This document shows, in pieces, positions 52,842-64,000 of a stretch of DNA of 64,000 bases. A model generated the notes under the pieces. It did not search any database. It saw only the letters and a list, made by a program, of their open reading frames with translations, and was not told the origin of the DNA. The stretch is from assembly GCF_037042905.1 (NCBI RefSeq), contig NC_087249.1, positions 10,542,001 through 10,606,000 of the forward strand, given 5' to 3'. Both the position numbers and the translations under genes were made by a program. Positions within the stretch are counted from its first letter, which is position 1; each line of letters opens with the position of its first letter. Origin of the DNA: Lytechinus pictus. Its lineage: Eukaryota.

Positions 52842-55800
52842 TAGGCAGTGGCGTCAATACAGGCGGGGGTTTTTCAGTCAAAACAATTCATCGATTTCAT
52901 CTCTAAACGCCCCTCTCTTCTGTCGTGTTACTCGACGTAAACCTATACATAGTGTTTTCCTTCTAATGTTTCTATCCGACTTTCCTTCCACTTTCTCTCT
53001 CCAGCTCTTTCTGCCACTTCTACTTTCCCCCTTCCTTTCTCACCGTTTTTCTGGTTCCGTCACCATCTCCCCCCCCCCCTTCTCTCTGTCTCTTTTTTCC
53101 CATTTGTCCCCGTATCCAACTGATGGCTATTTCCATTAGTATGCATGGTCTGTTTTCTCTTGTTCTGTCCCTTTTCTGATAGTTGTATCATTATAATTGA
53201 GATGCAAAGGGCTTTCGTACAGCACGCCATAGTTCATCAGTCATATAATAGACACTTTGACAGGTGTTACATTACATATTATAGCGGTTAAAAGCGGTAA
53301 GAATTTCATATGAATGTCAGTTCAGACAGGATTGTTGTTTGCCTTTTGTATTTCCAAAAGGTTATTTCCTAGATATTCATGGGTGATATTTCTCTCTTAG
53401 ATATGTAATCCAAACAGTTAAGTCTTCCGAAATCTGCCTTGAGTATATTTTGCCGATATCCCTGGAGTCTGACGAAATAGCTAGCGCTGATTTCTTAGTT
53501 ATTTAATTTTGTTTACTAAAATATACATTTGTCTTGGAAATGTTAAAAGTATGTTGGTCTTACGGTGTCTAAATTGGCAAATTGACCAGAGTCCTCTGAC
53601 ATGTAAAGTATAAGGGTTGATAATGGAATGATATTCAAATGTATCGCAGGAGAGTCTTAAATGTACTATGGGGGAAAATATGGGAAACCAGATAGCGTTG
53701 AGAAAATATAAAAGAAAACTATTTTTTCTACTGTCGTGCTAGTGAAGGAGAAATATTCACAAATCTGAGTAACTAAAAGAAACGTGAAAATGTCTTTGGA
53801 AATTCCTTTTTCCCCCCAGCTCGCAAATATCAGCGGTGACTTTGACGAGTCCATTTGTCGTCATGGTAACCGAGTCGGAATACTCACGCCGATGAACACA
53901 AAACACACCGTTACTCACCCACACCCACCTCTGGGCTTTTATCTTAACGCACACACTCACTCTAGGTGCTGGCGTACTTAGAGTTAGACCTTTTACTGCA
54001 CCTCGGAGATATGTTATGCCCGCTTCATACATCATTCAACAAACGAGAAATAAAAAATCCTGGACACATTTGAATTTCATACACATGTACCTGGTACATG
54101 CATAATGCTTTGTTACGTGTGTTTGGTTTCATATGGCCTCCCATGATGGTAAAAAATGTCATCACTGAATATAATGAGATTAATAATTCAGTAAGCCTTG
54201 GTCGGCCTCCCTAGGGTGTTTTGAAATCGAATTTACATTGTACAACGTGGATGTGTAGGGTTGGTTTGGAGGAATGATAGGCACAAGCTTTTTACGTATG
54301 GCAAAAAATACACTTGAATGCATCTATAAATGTATATAAATATATAAAAGAGAGACAAGTGGTGTTAAATGCAGTGGGAGAAAGATGTTAATTTCAATTC
54401 GTTCAATTCTTTCGCCATGTCATGGACAATATTTTTTTTTTAAATAAACCCACATGTTTTCATGGATTCAGTGAAATTTAGCGACAATTTCCCAATATAG
54501 CAACGTTTATATATCTATTTTTGTTACAGAGTATTTGTATTTGCATATTTATCTATATTTAACTCTGGAAAGATTGTACGAATTGGATACAATGACGTCA
54601 TACTTGACCAAGAGGAATGAGACCCTAAGAATGACCTCAGAAGCTCTTAAGCGTCCCTTCTCTTCTTAAAACGACAAACCACTTTCCACGATGAATTGAG
54701 GAGTCTATGGTTTGAAGTGGTCACATATAATAACAGGAAAGATTTTTTAAGTGGACGGATTCATCGAAATAATGAAGACAAGCAATTTGGAACAGATATA
54801 TCGCCCGGTTTGGATAAGCCTTCAGGTCGGTCTCAGGTCTCGCGTCTTGAGATTTTCAAAGCTAATTCGTAGCCCTTAACTTTTCTGCTGATATTTCTTA
54901 GTATGGATGAGAAATTGACGAGGTCCATGGTGGATTCTGCTGGCTATCAGTCAAGCGAATATGGGGTCTTTTCATCCGCTTCCTGTGTATGACTGAGCTA
55001 ATATTTAGAGGGATTCATCTTCTGGCGTGGCTTGCATACTGATGTCATCCAAAGGTCTTTCTATATCCCCATTTTTTTTACTCTCTCCCTCCCTCCCCCT
55101 CTCTCTCTAGTCTATTCGATCTTCATTCGAGATTGATTTTTATTGGCTTCCTTCATTTCTCTTTGATATCATTTCCTCTTTTTTTAACGGAGGTTAGAAA
55201 ATGAAAAGAAATGACAATCAATACGGTTCAGGTTTATCCCCGGTCTTCCACCTTCACAGAGCTTTGGTAGTCAGGAGTGGCTTATGCAGGGGTTTCGAAG
55301 AAAAGTTGCAGAAAATTCATGTGTCCCCTTTTACCCAATTTTAAATATAAAATCTGTCTATGCAAGGTGTTACTTTTTTACTCGATTTATAAACGATTCA
55401 TGATTAGAAGAACCCAACCGGTGGAGTTATAATACGATTCTCTTCAGAAGGACATCATAATACACGGGCGTTAAGGCTATTATACATGCTCACACGTAAA
55501 GATAGATAATTGGTAGGTTATGTTTTTGGACAGATCCATCACTGTGGCAGACATTCAGAAATATGGTAGGGAGTCAAATTGCTTTGCAACATTTCCTTTT
55601 CTCCATTATGTTATACGTTGGCTCAAAATTCCCCCCAACCATGCCAACTGTTTAGAATCGTTAAAGAATGACGGAGGCCTACTTGTATTGTTAGAAATAA
55701 AAGGTGACGTCAAATTATGATAAAGAAAAGAAACACCTTCAACTCTTAAGACATTGGAGTTGGATGTGAATTTCAATGTATTTTCTTAAAGATTTCACTG

Positions 55801-56094
55801 CCGATGTTAGCCAATGTCGATGAAAGAAAGCAGAGCAGGGGAGCACAAATTTTATCAACCATTTCTCCGTCGCGAGGAAGATAGCGCTTTGCCGGTGGCC
55901 CAACCACGTCCCTTCCGATACAGACCATAATTCACTCTGAGCAGTCAGAAAGAATCTATCGTACTCCTGAAACAACCAACTGCCCCAATTTGAAGGTCTA
56001 CGAAGACGATTCAGGGGGGGGGGGGGCTCCACTGCCCCTCTTCGGTTGCCTACCCTATAGCTAAAAAGAGTTACCTATAAATTATGTTAACCTG

Positions 56095-56238
56095 GGGTCC
56101 GTTGCAGAAAGAGTTGCGTTTAAAGGCAAGTCAAAAATCAATCGCAATTCCAAAATGCGCGCTGTTGATTGGGTGAAAATCAAGTTGCGCATGATTTTTA
56201 GAGTTACGATTGATTGCAACTCTTTCTGCAATGGGCCC
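56095..56238. mobile_element. PIF/Harbinger-like MITE (144 bp) with CTG target duplication
   Basis: ctg|gggtccgttgcagaaagagttgc ... gcaactctttctgcaatgggccc|ctg: 23-bp TIR with 2 mismatches and identical 3-bp flanks. Confidence 0.85.
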
Positions 56239-59200
56239 CTGGTCGGATTCATCGTCACATGAAGTAACACATCTAGTAGGAATGACAACGAAGTGCCTTG
56301 TGTTATTCTTGCTTTATGTAGGTGAAAGACAACCCAGTGCGATCCCGTCATTTTTGTAAAACATAATATCAACTACACAGCCCCTATCCTGCTTCAAAAT
56401 TTATGATTTGTCTCCGCACGCCCCTGCATAATGAAACCGATATAGATATACGAGAAAACCGTTGAGGAAAAATTATGGTCTGGCTTCGTGATATTTGACG
56501 GTGGCCGTGTTTGGGGCGTGTAGAAACGATGTCTCTGCCTTTTTTCTTCTGTCCTCGCTGTTTTATGCGCTATTTGTTTTGCTCAGGCAAGGGAAGGAAA
56601 AGAGATAAACGGTTGATGTAATTTATATGTTTACTCTGCTTCAAATCGGGGGTGAGTCAAAGCTGAATGTTTATCCTAAAAAATGTTAATTTGTAGCTCT
56701 CAGATTGACGTTGCAATATAATTGCAGATGACGATGTGGCCCAATCCTATCCTTGGCGGAGGGTGGGGGAGACAATTACTGCGAGGAAACACGAGTATGC
56801 TTTAAAAGATGAGAATAATAAAATGAAATAATATTCCTCATTTCAAATATCAAAGTAATGATTTTGATAGATTGCATTATAGGCTGCCAAAAGCGAAAAG
56901 CCCATAATGATTCGATTAAATTTTTGTTCAGATGAAAGCGTTAAGTTGTTCATTTCTTTCTCAATCGTCTCTCCATAGCCTTGTGAAATGTTATACATTC
57001 ATTCTCGACTTTTCTCTGTTGGCTTTCAATTCAATTTTAACATTTTATGATGTATCTAAATCACTGCATCGATGAGGTGTCGACAGATTACAGTATCAGG
57101 ACATTGCACCCCACCTCTATACATAGAAACGAGCACGTGGGACTGATGATGAGGTGTTCCATACAAACGTCACCCGTACTTCCATTTCCCTTCCCCTTTC
57201 CTTTTGACGATGGATGTTATCAATGAGGCAAAACTTGGAAGTCTATCTCTTGCCTGCATCCTCTCTAGTTATGCCTCGTGGAAAGTGGCTCTTGGCTTTT
57301 AGTTATGACAAATCTGCTCCACACCGTTGCTCGCCGTTTCGTCCCATGCGGCCATTTTGGATACAGGCGGAAACTCGAATCGTCCTTGGTCACGCTGTGT
57401 GGCGTTAAGGTGTCAAGAAGGTGTCGCCAGTATCACAACACACAAGCGATTCACCAATTGGTTATTTCCACCCATACGAAACTCTACCCTCAGTCTTTCC
57501 GCACGTAAGGCGGATATGATTTTATTACTCGGTCCCAGAAAGTCATTCAAGTATCGGCCCTGAAGAGAATCCTCCCCAATGATGTGTAAAAAGGAAATAC
57601 GGAAAACAAAGTAGAAATTCAAGTAACATAAAAAAAAAGGATATTGAAGCAATTGAACAATTCAGGAAATTGCCAATAGAAGACCTAATCTAAGCACTGT
57701 GCCGAATGAAAAGCTATCGATATTCATTATTGATGATCTAGCAAGGCCTATAGTTTTTAAGTTATGCGTAATCATAATTCATTACCAAAATTATTTAACG
57801 AATCGTCTTCTTTCTCTTTAAGCCCCTCGCAGGCCTATCAACTCCCTCCCTTCTTTTTTTTCTTTCTTTCCCTGTTTCTCCATCTTCCCTCCCTCTCTCC
57901 ACCTCCTTCGTTCGTTCATTCTTTCACCAACCATGGTGACACCTACCAACAGTCATGACGGTGTACGCCCACCTTGTCTCGATCCCTTGGAAAGTTCCCC
58001 AGTCAATATTTCATTATATCGAATCCATCACAGATTTGATTACATTACTCAAAAATATTTCATTAACACCCTTTTAACCTTGTACATGCTCCTTAGTCCG
58101 TACCATATTTAATTATGTCACGAAATTATATCATGCTTCAATCAAGACTATTTGATGTGAAATACTCGAACATGTGCATTTGACCATGGAGCTACGTAGC
58201 TCCATGATTTGACGAAAAAGGGAAGGGAAGAGAAGATGTATCGCCAAATAAAGGAAAGTTGTAAGACCTAGCGAGTCAGAGTGAGAGAGAGAGATGGAGA
58301 GAGAAGCGGGTCTGCATCTTTCTTTCTCCCTTTTAGCCAAATCAATAATTATTTCCCATCTCGACTCGAAACGGTCGGTTAGTCTGATAATGAATTCAAT
58401 TACTTTACCATTTAGGTATCTAATCGAAATTTGCCCTGTATGGATATGAAACATTTCATTTCAGTAGCTGCCTTTTTTAGTCGCTCGTCTTTCTAGATAC
58501 TAGATATGAGTCTCAAAATTAATGTACTCGAAATTAATTCGAATCCCTTGGCTTACAACGCGCCAAGCGAGCACTGGATTAATAAAACTGGCATGAGTCC
58601 CCCTTGCGTTTAAGTTGTGGAGTTCAGTTTTAAGAATGATGGCATTAACCTACGCGGCGGAACATGGGATTGTGTCCGATATGGTATCGCCGAAATTCCT
58701 TCGTTTTGGATTATACACTCTTTATGTATAACATTATTCAAAACTTCTCCTTTTCAAGGTGATTTCCCAGAGGAATTATAACCCTAATACTCTCATATCT
58801 CTGTTGAGATATATCCTGATTGGAAATCGAAGTCTTCGCATGTATAGTAAACCCATAAAGTTTGGCATAATTAGGAAATGCTTAAAATGGTATGTCAAGG
58901 AAGAAGGCCATTTCCCCATTATCTTTAAAGGAAAATTTATACAGTACAAAAGCTCACAGACAAATTGCAGATTTTGATAAAAGTGATTTCATGCAAGGAT
59001 TATACACGATTTCATATTCATCAATACAATGACACACGAGGCTGTTCATACGGGTTAGATGATCTGTTTCTTAAATTTACCAAAAACTAACTTTGAAATG
59101 TTGGTAAATTTAGTTGTCCTATTTTTAATTTGTAAAATTAAAAGATATCGCCTGAAGTCTTTGAAAATAATATTATGAAAGTTTTTTTTTTATTCAGTTG

Positions 59201-60269
59201 TAAACATTATCTTTCATGATACATGTACGTAACATGTTAATTCATAGATATATCCCTCAAATGTTAATGAATGTTTATAATTCCCGGGGTCCGGAGGTTC
59301 TTTCGTAGGGGAAAACAATTTCTTTTCTTATGAAAACTGTAAGACTTATAAGTGGCCCTTTGAAGGATGCTCATCTGACATGGGTCATATGGAAAGCTAA
59401 CATATTTAAATGATTAGTTAGGGAACAGAATGTGATCGCGTTTGTGATTCACTGCGTGTTTAGTATGAAGCGCCGCTTGGGCAATAAATCACATTTCCAA
59501 AATAGATACCTACAGCATTCTCCCTCCCCTTTATTCTTGTAAGCGGGATACTGCGGGTTCGTTGTACGAGTATCATTTTTTGTGGTCGAAGGAAGATTCG
59601 CGGTGACTTTGGAAAGGTGGAGGGGAGAAATAAAACATGAAATGGAGAGGGGAAAAGAAAAGAGAAAGTCTCTGTTTGCTTAGGCTATCGATGCAAATAT
59701 TTATTGTACTTTACGATCAGGTTTTGAGTTATAAATCATCAAGATCTAGCCCTCGACGTAGTGTAAACAGTACAGCTAAGTAACCCTTGGCCATGCCTGA
59801 ATCTTCTTTAATTCATACCACCTCATCCTCTTCGTCTCTCTATCCTTATTTCTCTTTCTTTTCTTTGAATGGCTGATGTGGCTAATGTGTTTGGGAAGAC
59901 ATGCTTAAATGTTTTGCATTTGTTTTGCTAGGAGCGGTAGATGAACTATGATGATGCAACGGACTATTCATGCCATTCTTATATCGAAAAATTATGATGA
60001 AAGTGATCGGAATCCACAAGAAGAAACCTTCGTGAGAGTTTGGATATTCCCCTTATTTTAGTTGTGGAATTTTAATGTAAATTTGTTTCTTACTCTTTTG
60101 TGTAAGCCTAGTTCATGTATATCTGTTGGAAAAAAAAATCGTTTAGTTTTCTCAACATTGTTGGTTCCGTCAGTGATGCCACATTGTTCTTGAAATACCT
60201 TAGGAAATTTATAAAAAAGAATACATTGATATGTAAGAACTGTGACATTGATTGTTTTGTTTCATTAAG

Positions 60270-60944
60270 TTTTGTCTCGCTTGCATAGCAGAGCGAGACT
60301 ATAGGCGCCGCTTTTCCGACGGCGAAGGCGGCGTCGTCAATATTGGAATCTTAAGCAAGGTTAATTTTTTTGTCATCATAACTTAAGTGTATGCTAGTTC
60401 ATGAAACTTGGACATAAGGGTAATCAAGTATTATTGAACATCCTGCCTGAGTTTCAGGTCACATGACCAAGGTCAAAGGTCATTTAGAGTCAACAAACTT
60501 TGGTAATGTTGGGGATATTTTTGAATTGTCATCATACATGAAACTTGAAAAGTTTATGGATCTAGTTCATGAAACTTGGACATATGAGCAGCAATGTATC
60601 CCTGAATACCCTGTGCGCGTTTCAGGAACATGGCCAAGATCAAAGAACATTTAAAGGTCAATGAGCTCTGGCCGTGTTGGAAGTATGTGTTGAATTGACA
60701 TCATAACTTAAAAAGTTTATGGATCTAGTTCATGAAACATCGACATAAGGGTAATCAAGTATGAATGATTGTTTTGCACATTCTTAGGTCAAATGATCAT
60801 GGTCAAAGGTCATTTTGGGTCAATGGACATAATATCTTATTATCATATTCGTGTTTTTTTATGTGAATAATTATTCATTAGCTGTTTTCAAAGGCAGCAC
60901 TGCTGCTATATCGAATTGCGTAATGCAGAGGCGTTCCACTTCTT
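60270..60944 (+). mobile_element. Non-autonomous Helentron/DINE-like element with internal tandem array
   Basis: Starts in a T run with the hairpin gtctcgct...agcgagac (60274-60299), then a (GGC)-like microsatellite, three ~165-bp units (ctagttcatgaaac at 60394, 60562, 60725, each followed by ggtcaaaggtca-like motifs), a gcagca-c-tgctgc hairpin (60894-60906), and ends ...gttccacttctt. Confidence 0.7.
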
Positions 60945-62599
60945 ATTTAATTTAATTGAATTACATTCTATGTATAGCTACTAACATTGAGATGAAAGCT
61001 ACAGATAATTATGAATAAGAAGAGTTGATGAGGTATGGCATATTGTTGGGTGTTATGATCATAGTGATGCCAGAGACAGTTCTTCAAGAGCTCCACGGTT
61101 GCTTTAAGGATATTTCCTTAAACCATAGAGCTATTAGGACTGGAAAGTGCAGAAGGGAACTGCTGCTATCATCAGACTCATTCTATCCAGTGTTAAAACA
61201 ATGTTTAGAGACAATATGTTCGAGTCCTTAATCCTAAATAAACGAAGGGCACCCTACACGATCATTTGGCAAATCTGCAACACTCATCAACTGCGACTTC
61301 TCCCGAGTAATTGAGCAAGATTCGCCGTTTCGTCTGCAAATCACCAGGCCTTTCTTATTTGAAAGCGTCACCGAATGGGACCGAAAGACTCTTGCCTCCC
61401 CTCCATAATCATATCTGTATCTGTGTAGTGTGCTGTTGCCTAGTTAGTAAAGTGTTATCTAGTGAGAACCATTCCTAAGAGAAAAGGTGGGACGTGTTCG
61501 TAGAAGTTTTCTTTAAAATTGATGTGTATTGGTGTCTGTCGTCGGTCCATCCTTCTGTTCATAGTAGATTAGGCGAAGCGACGCATGGCTCGTTTAGTGC
61601 GGTGTATTCTTGTACTAGAGTTTTTCTTTGCCTCAAGGCGTACTGGAAGAAAGTACAAACGATATTGCCTACAAGCAAGGCGCCAAAATGAGTAGGTGAC
61701 GATGACATATCGTCTATAAGTGTACTTTCAAATTTGGTCCTTTAAAAATCTGCATAAAATCATAAAGCATCGTCAAACTTAGAGTTATCTTATATATAGT
61801 GACAGGTATAATTGTATATTTTGTAAGTTATCGATCAAACTGTTAGATAAGAATGTCTGTCTTCCAAGAAAAGTATCAAGCTTTTGGTTTCCCTTGCTTT
61901 ATTCAAAGTTTCCTCTTTCCTAAATAAAGTATTCGATGTTGGTGTGGATTTTCCATGGTATCCCCGGCATCACAGTTTACTTTACAGGTGTTTATCCCAG
62001 GGGATTTCCCGTAATCTTACCTCATCCTTCATGTTCCCTGACACACGCTTTAGCCACTTCAAAGCCACCAAAAGGCGCGAATCGCACGGGCACAAAATCA
62101 ATTTACGATGCACATCAGGATTAAGTGCGTAGATCGCCCGTTCGCGCGTTCGTCTTTCATCGGTAATCCATCACGGAAAACGACCCGCGCGGGTGCAGCA
62201 CAATCCCGCCGTTCCCGTAGGTAATTTCCACAGGACATGCACAGCGTGCGCATGTACGCGCATTGTCGTCTGCGAGGGGGCTATCAAATCATGAAACGTA
62301 CTAAGTCAGGTGATCAATCAGGATTTGCTTCACTGTAAGCCAGGCAATCAATTTACGAAACAACAAAAAAGGTTAAGAAAAAAAAGTGTTTGCAAACACG
62401 TATGGTAGCCGTCAAGCATTGACAATGACGAGAGTCGAGAGAAAGCATTTTGCACAAGACCAAAAGCATTTCATGTATGGGGTGGGTGTGTGAAGGTGTA
62501 GGTGTGTGCGTGAGAAGGTGGGTGTGTACGTGTGTATGGCAGAGACAGAGGAAGTTGATGAACTTTATCTATTTTTATTGTGAACATGAATAATTTCAG

Positions 62600-62685
62600 T
62601 ATTGTGGCTGTATATCATGTATTGCATTTTATTGGTGAATAAAATATCCATTGAATTGAATTGAATTGAATTGAATTGAATTGAA
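62600..62685 (+). repeat. (TTGAA)7 tail preceded by AATAAA, probable LINE 3' end
   Basis: gtgaataaaatatcca followed by (ttgaa)7 at 62651-62685. Confidence 0.6.
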
Positions 62686-64000
62686 GTATTCGTACAGTGA
62701 TTTATAACTTTTCACAGTAAGACGTACCATGTCTCAACATTCGCATCAAATTTTACTACGTTTTATACCAAATTCTGGTCGCAGGCCGTCGTAAGGTGTG
62801 CCTTGGCCTTAACCCATTTGTTCGATTTTGCCCCCATGAATCCTGAATATCAATTGAAGAATAAGGGGATATTATATGAATAGGAGAAGAAGACGGAATG
62901 TGAGGGGGAAACGAGGGAGAAGCAGAAGAAAATGAAAAAAGTAGAAGAGAGCGGACAAGAAACGGAAGAAGAAGTAGAGGGAAAGGATGGAGGTAAGGAT
63001 AAAGAGTGAAGGGGAGCAAGAGGAGAAGGAAAACGAAAAGAAAGAACAAGAGGAGATTTCAGCTATACCAAGCATTGAACATTCTAGTTCCTTTAAAACG
63101 TCATCTCTTCTTTTGCATTATTTTTTTTGTCTAAGTGTCTTGAGTGCTCCATCATTTTACATCTTCAGTTTGTCTTCAAACTACTTCCAACGTGTAGCTA
63201 CACTTCTGGAAATTGATATTTTAATGTATCTGACTAACTGGCTTGTCCGTGTCGAGGAAAGTCACTTTTAGGCGACAATGTGACGTGTTCAGTACAAACA
63301 GCTTGCGGACTATCACTTCCAATAATTTGTGGCTCTCCATGTGCTCAAATATCGAAAAGAAAATCAATCTTTTCCCTCTCTAATGGAAATATGTCTTGAT
63401 TTCCGAACTAAACTTCCCGTACTATGTCTCTCGTCAACTCGTGTTATTTTTCACCCGACTTACTGACGTCTCATTGCATGTACATGTATGTAATATCCAA
63501 TCACATTTATAGCGTGTCGATTCCTATTCAAAATATTTTGGATAACTCCGATCCTTGAGAATGAAAAATTGAAACTTTAGTCTGTATCTTATAATAGAAA
63601 TCTTCTTTACTTCTCTACAAGCAAGCTTAATTGTTGCCTGAAGACGAATTATTATTTTGGGCAAATTGAAATACTATGAACACACGAAAGTAAGATAACC
63701 CATGGAGTTATTATTAATTACTTCGTGGACAGACCACTCCTCATCGATTGCTTTACACAGGACTCGGGGATAACCTTGAACGGTTGAGACCTTCTCACAT
63801 TTCAGGCTTCCACACGCTGAGATCTAACTTGTTTCGCTGAATTATATAACGTTATTAAGATAATACATACGTTTCAGTTTAAAGCTTTACTAAATTCATA
63901 TTAGTAAAGTGTTCTTCAGATTTGTTCAATTCATAGGCCTGGCGTTCAAGATTCCAAAGGCGTCAACATCTGAAATCAACGGGTAGTTTCCGAAAACTTT

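Noticed and set aside
59941..59997. Possible Isl last exon (MNYDDATDYSCHSYIEKL*)
   Set aside because: An earlier AG follows the pyrimidine tract and would give ER*; no recognisable similarity to Islet C-termini.
60394..60830. Regularly spaced repeats as a CRISPR-like array
   Set aside because: Eukaryotic context, the units are similar along their whole length with no unique spacers, and there are no cas genes.

Overview
This window is eukaryotic, AT-rich genomic DNA. It carries most of one large, intron-rich LIM-homeobox gene, an Islet (Isl1/2, tailup) ortholog on the + strand. Five coding exons splice in frame: 2664-2682, 4749-4947, 13327-13574, 27600-27886 and 51973-52158. They encode LIM1, LIM2, the Islet homeodomain and the Lhx3-binding domain. 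I could not find the terminal coding exon, which probably lies past base 64000. The introns (2.1, 8.4, 14.0, 24.1 and >11.8 kb) contain non-autonomous DNA transposons (Harbinger-like with CWG target duplications, CAC...GTG/TA elements, TTAA-flanked Kolobok-like elements), two Helentron/DINE-like elements, CR1/L2 LINE 3' remnants, local tandem duplications, microsatellites and several CpG- and TAAT-rich islands that look like enhancers. The repeat style suggests an invertebrate deuterostome, probably a sea urchin such as Lytechinus; this is inference from recall, not from a search. Nearly all ORFs in the supplied track are spurious. I found no wholly new biological system. The most notable items are a three-layer nested transposon, candidate Isl isoform features (an in-frame upstream ATG and Isl1-beta-like internal acceptors) and candidate cis-regulatory modules.
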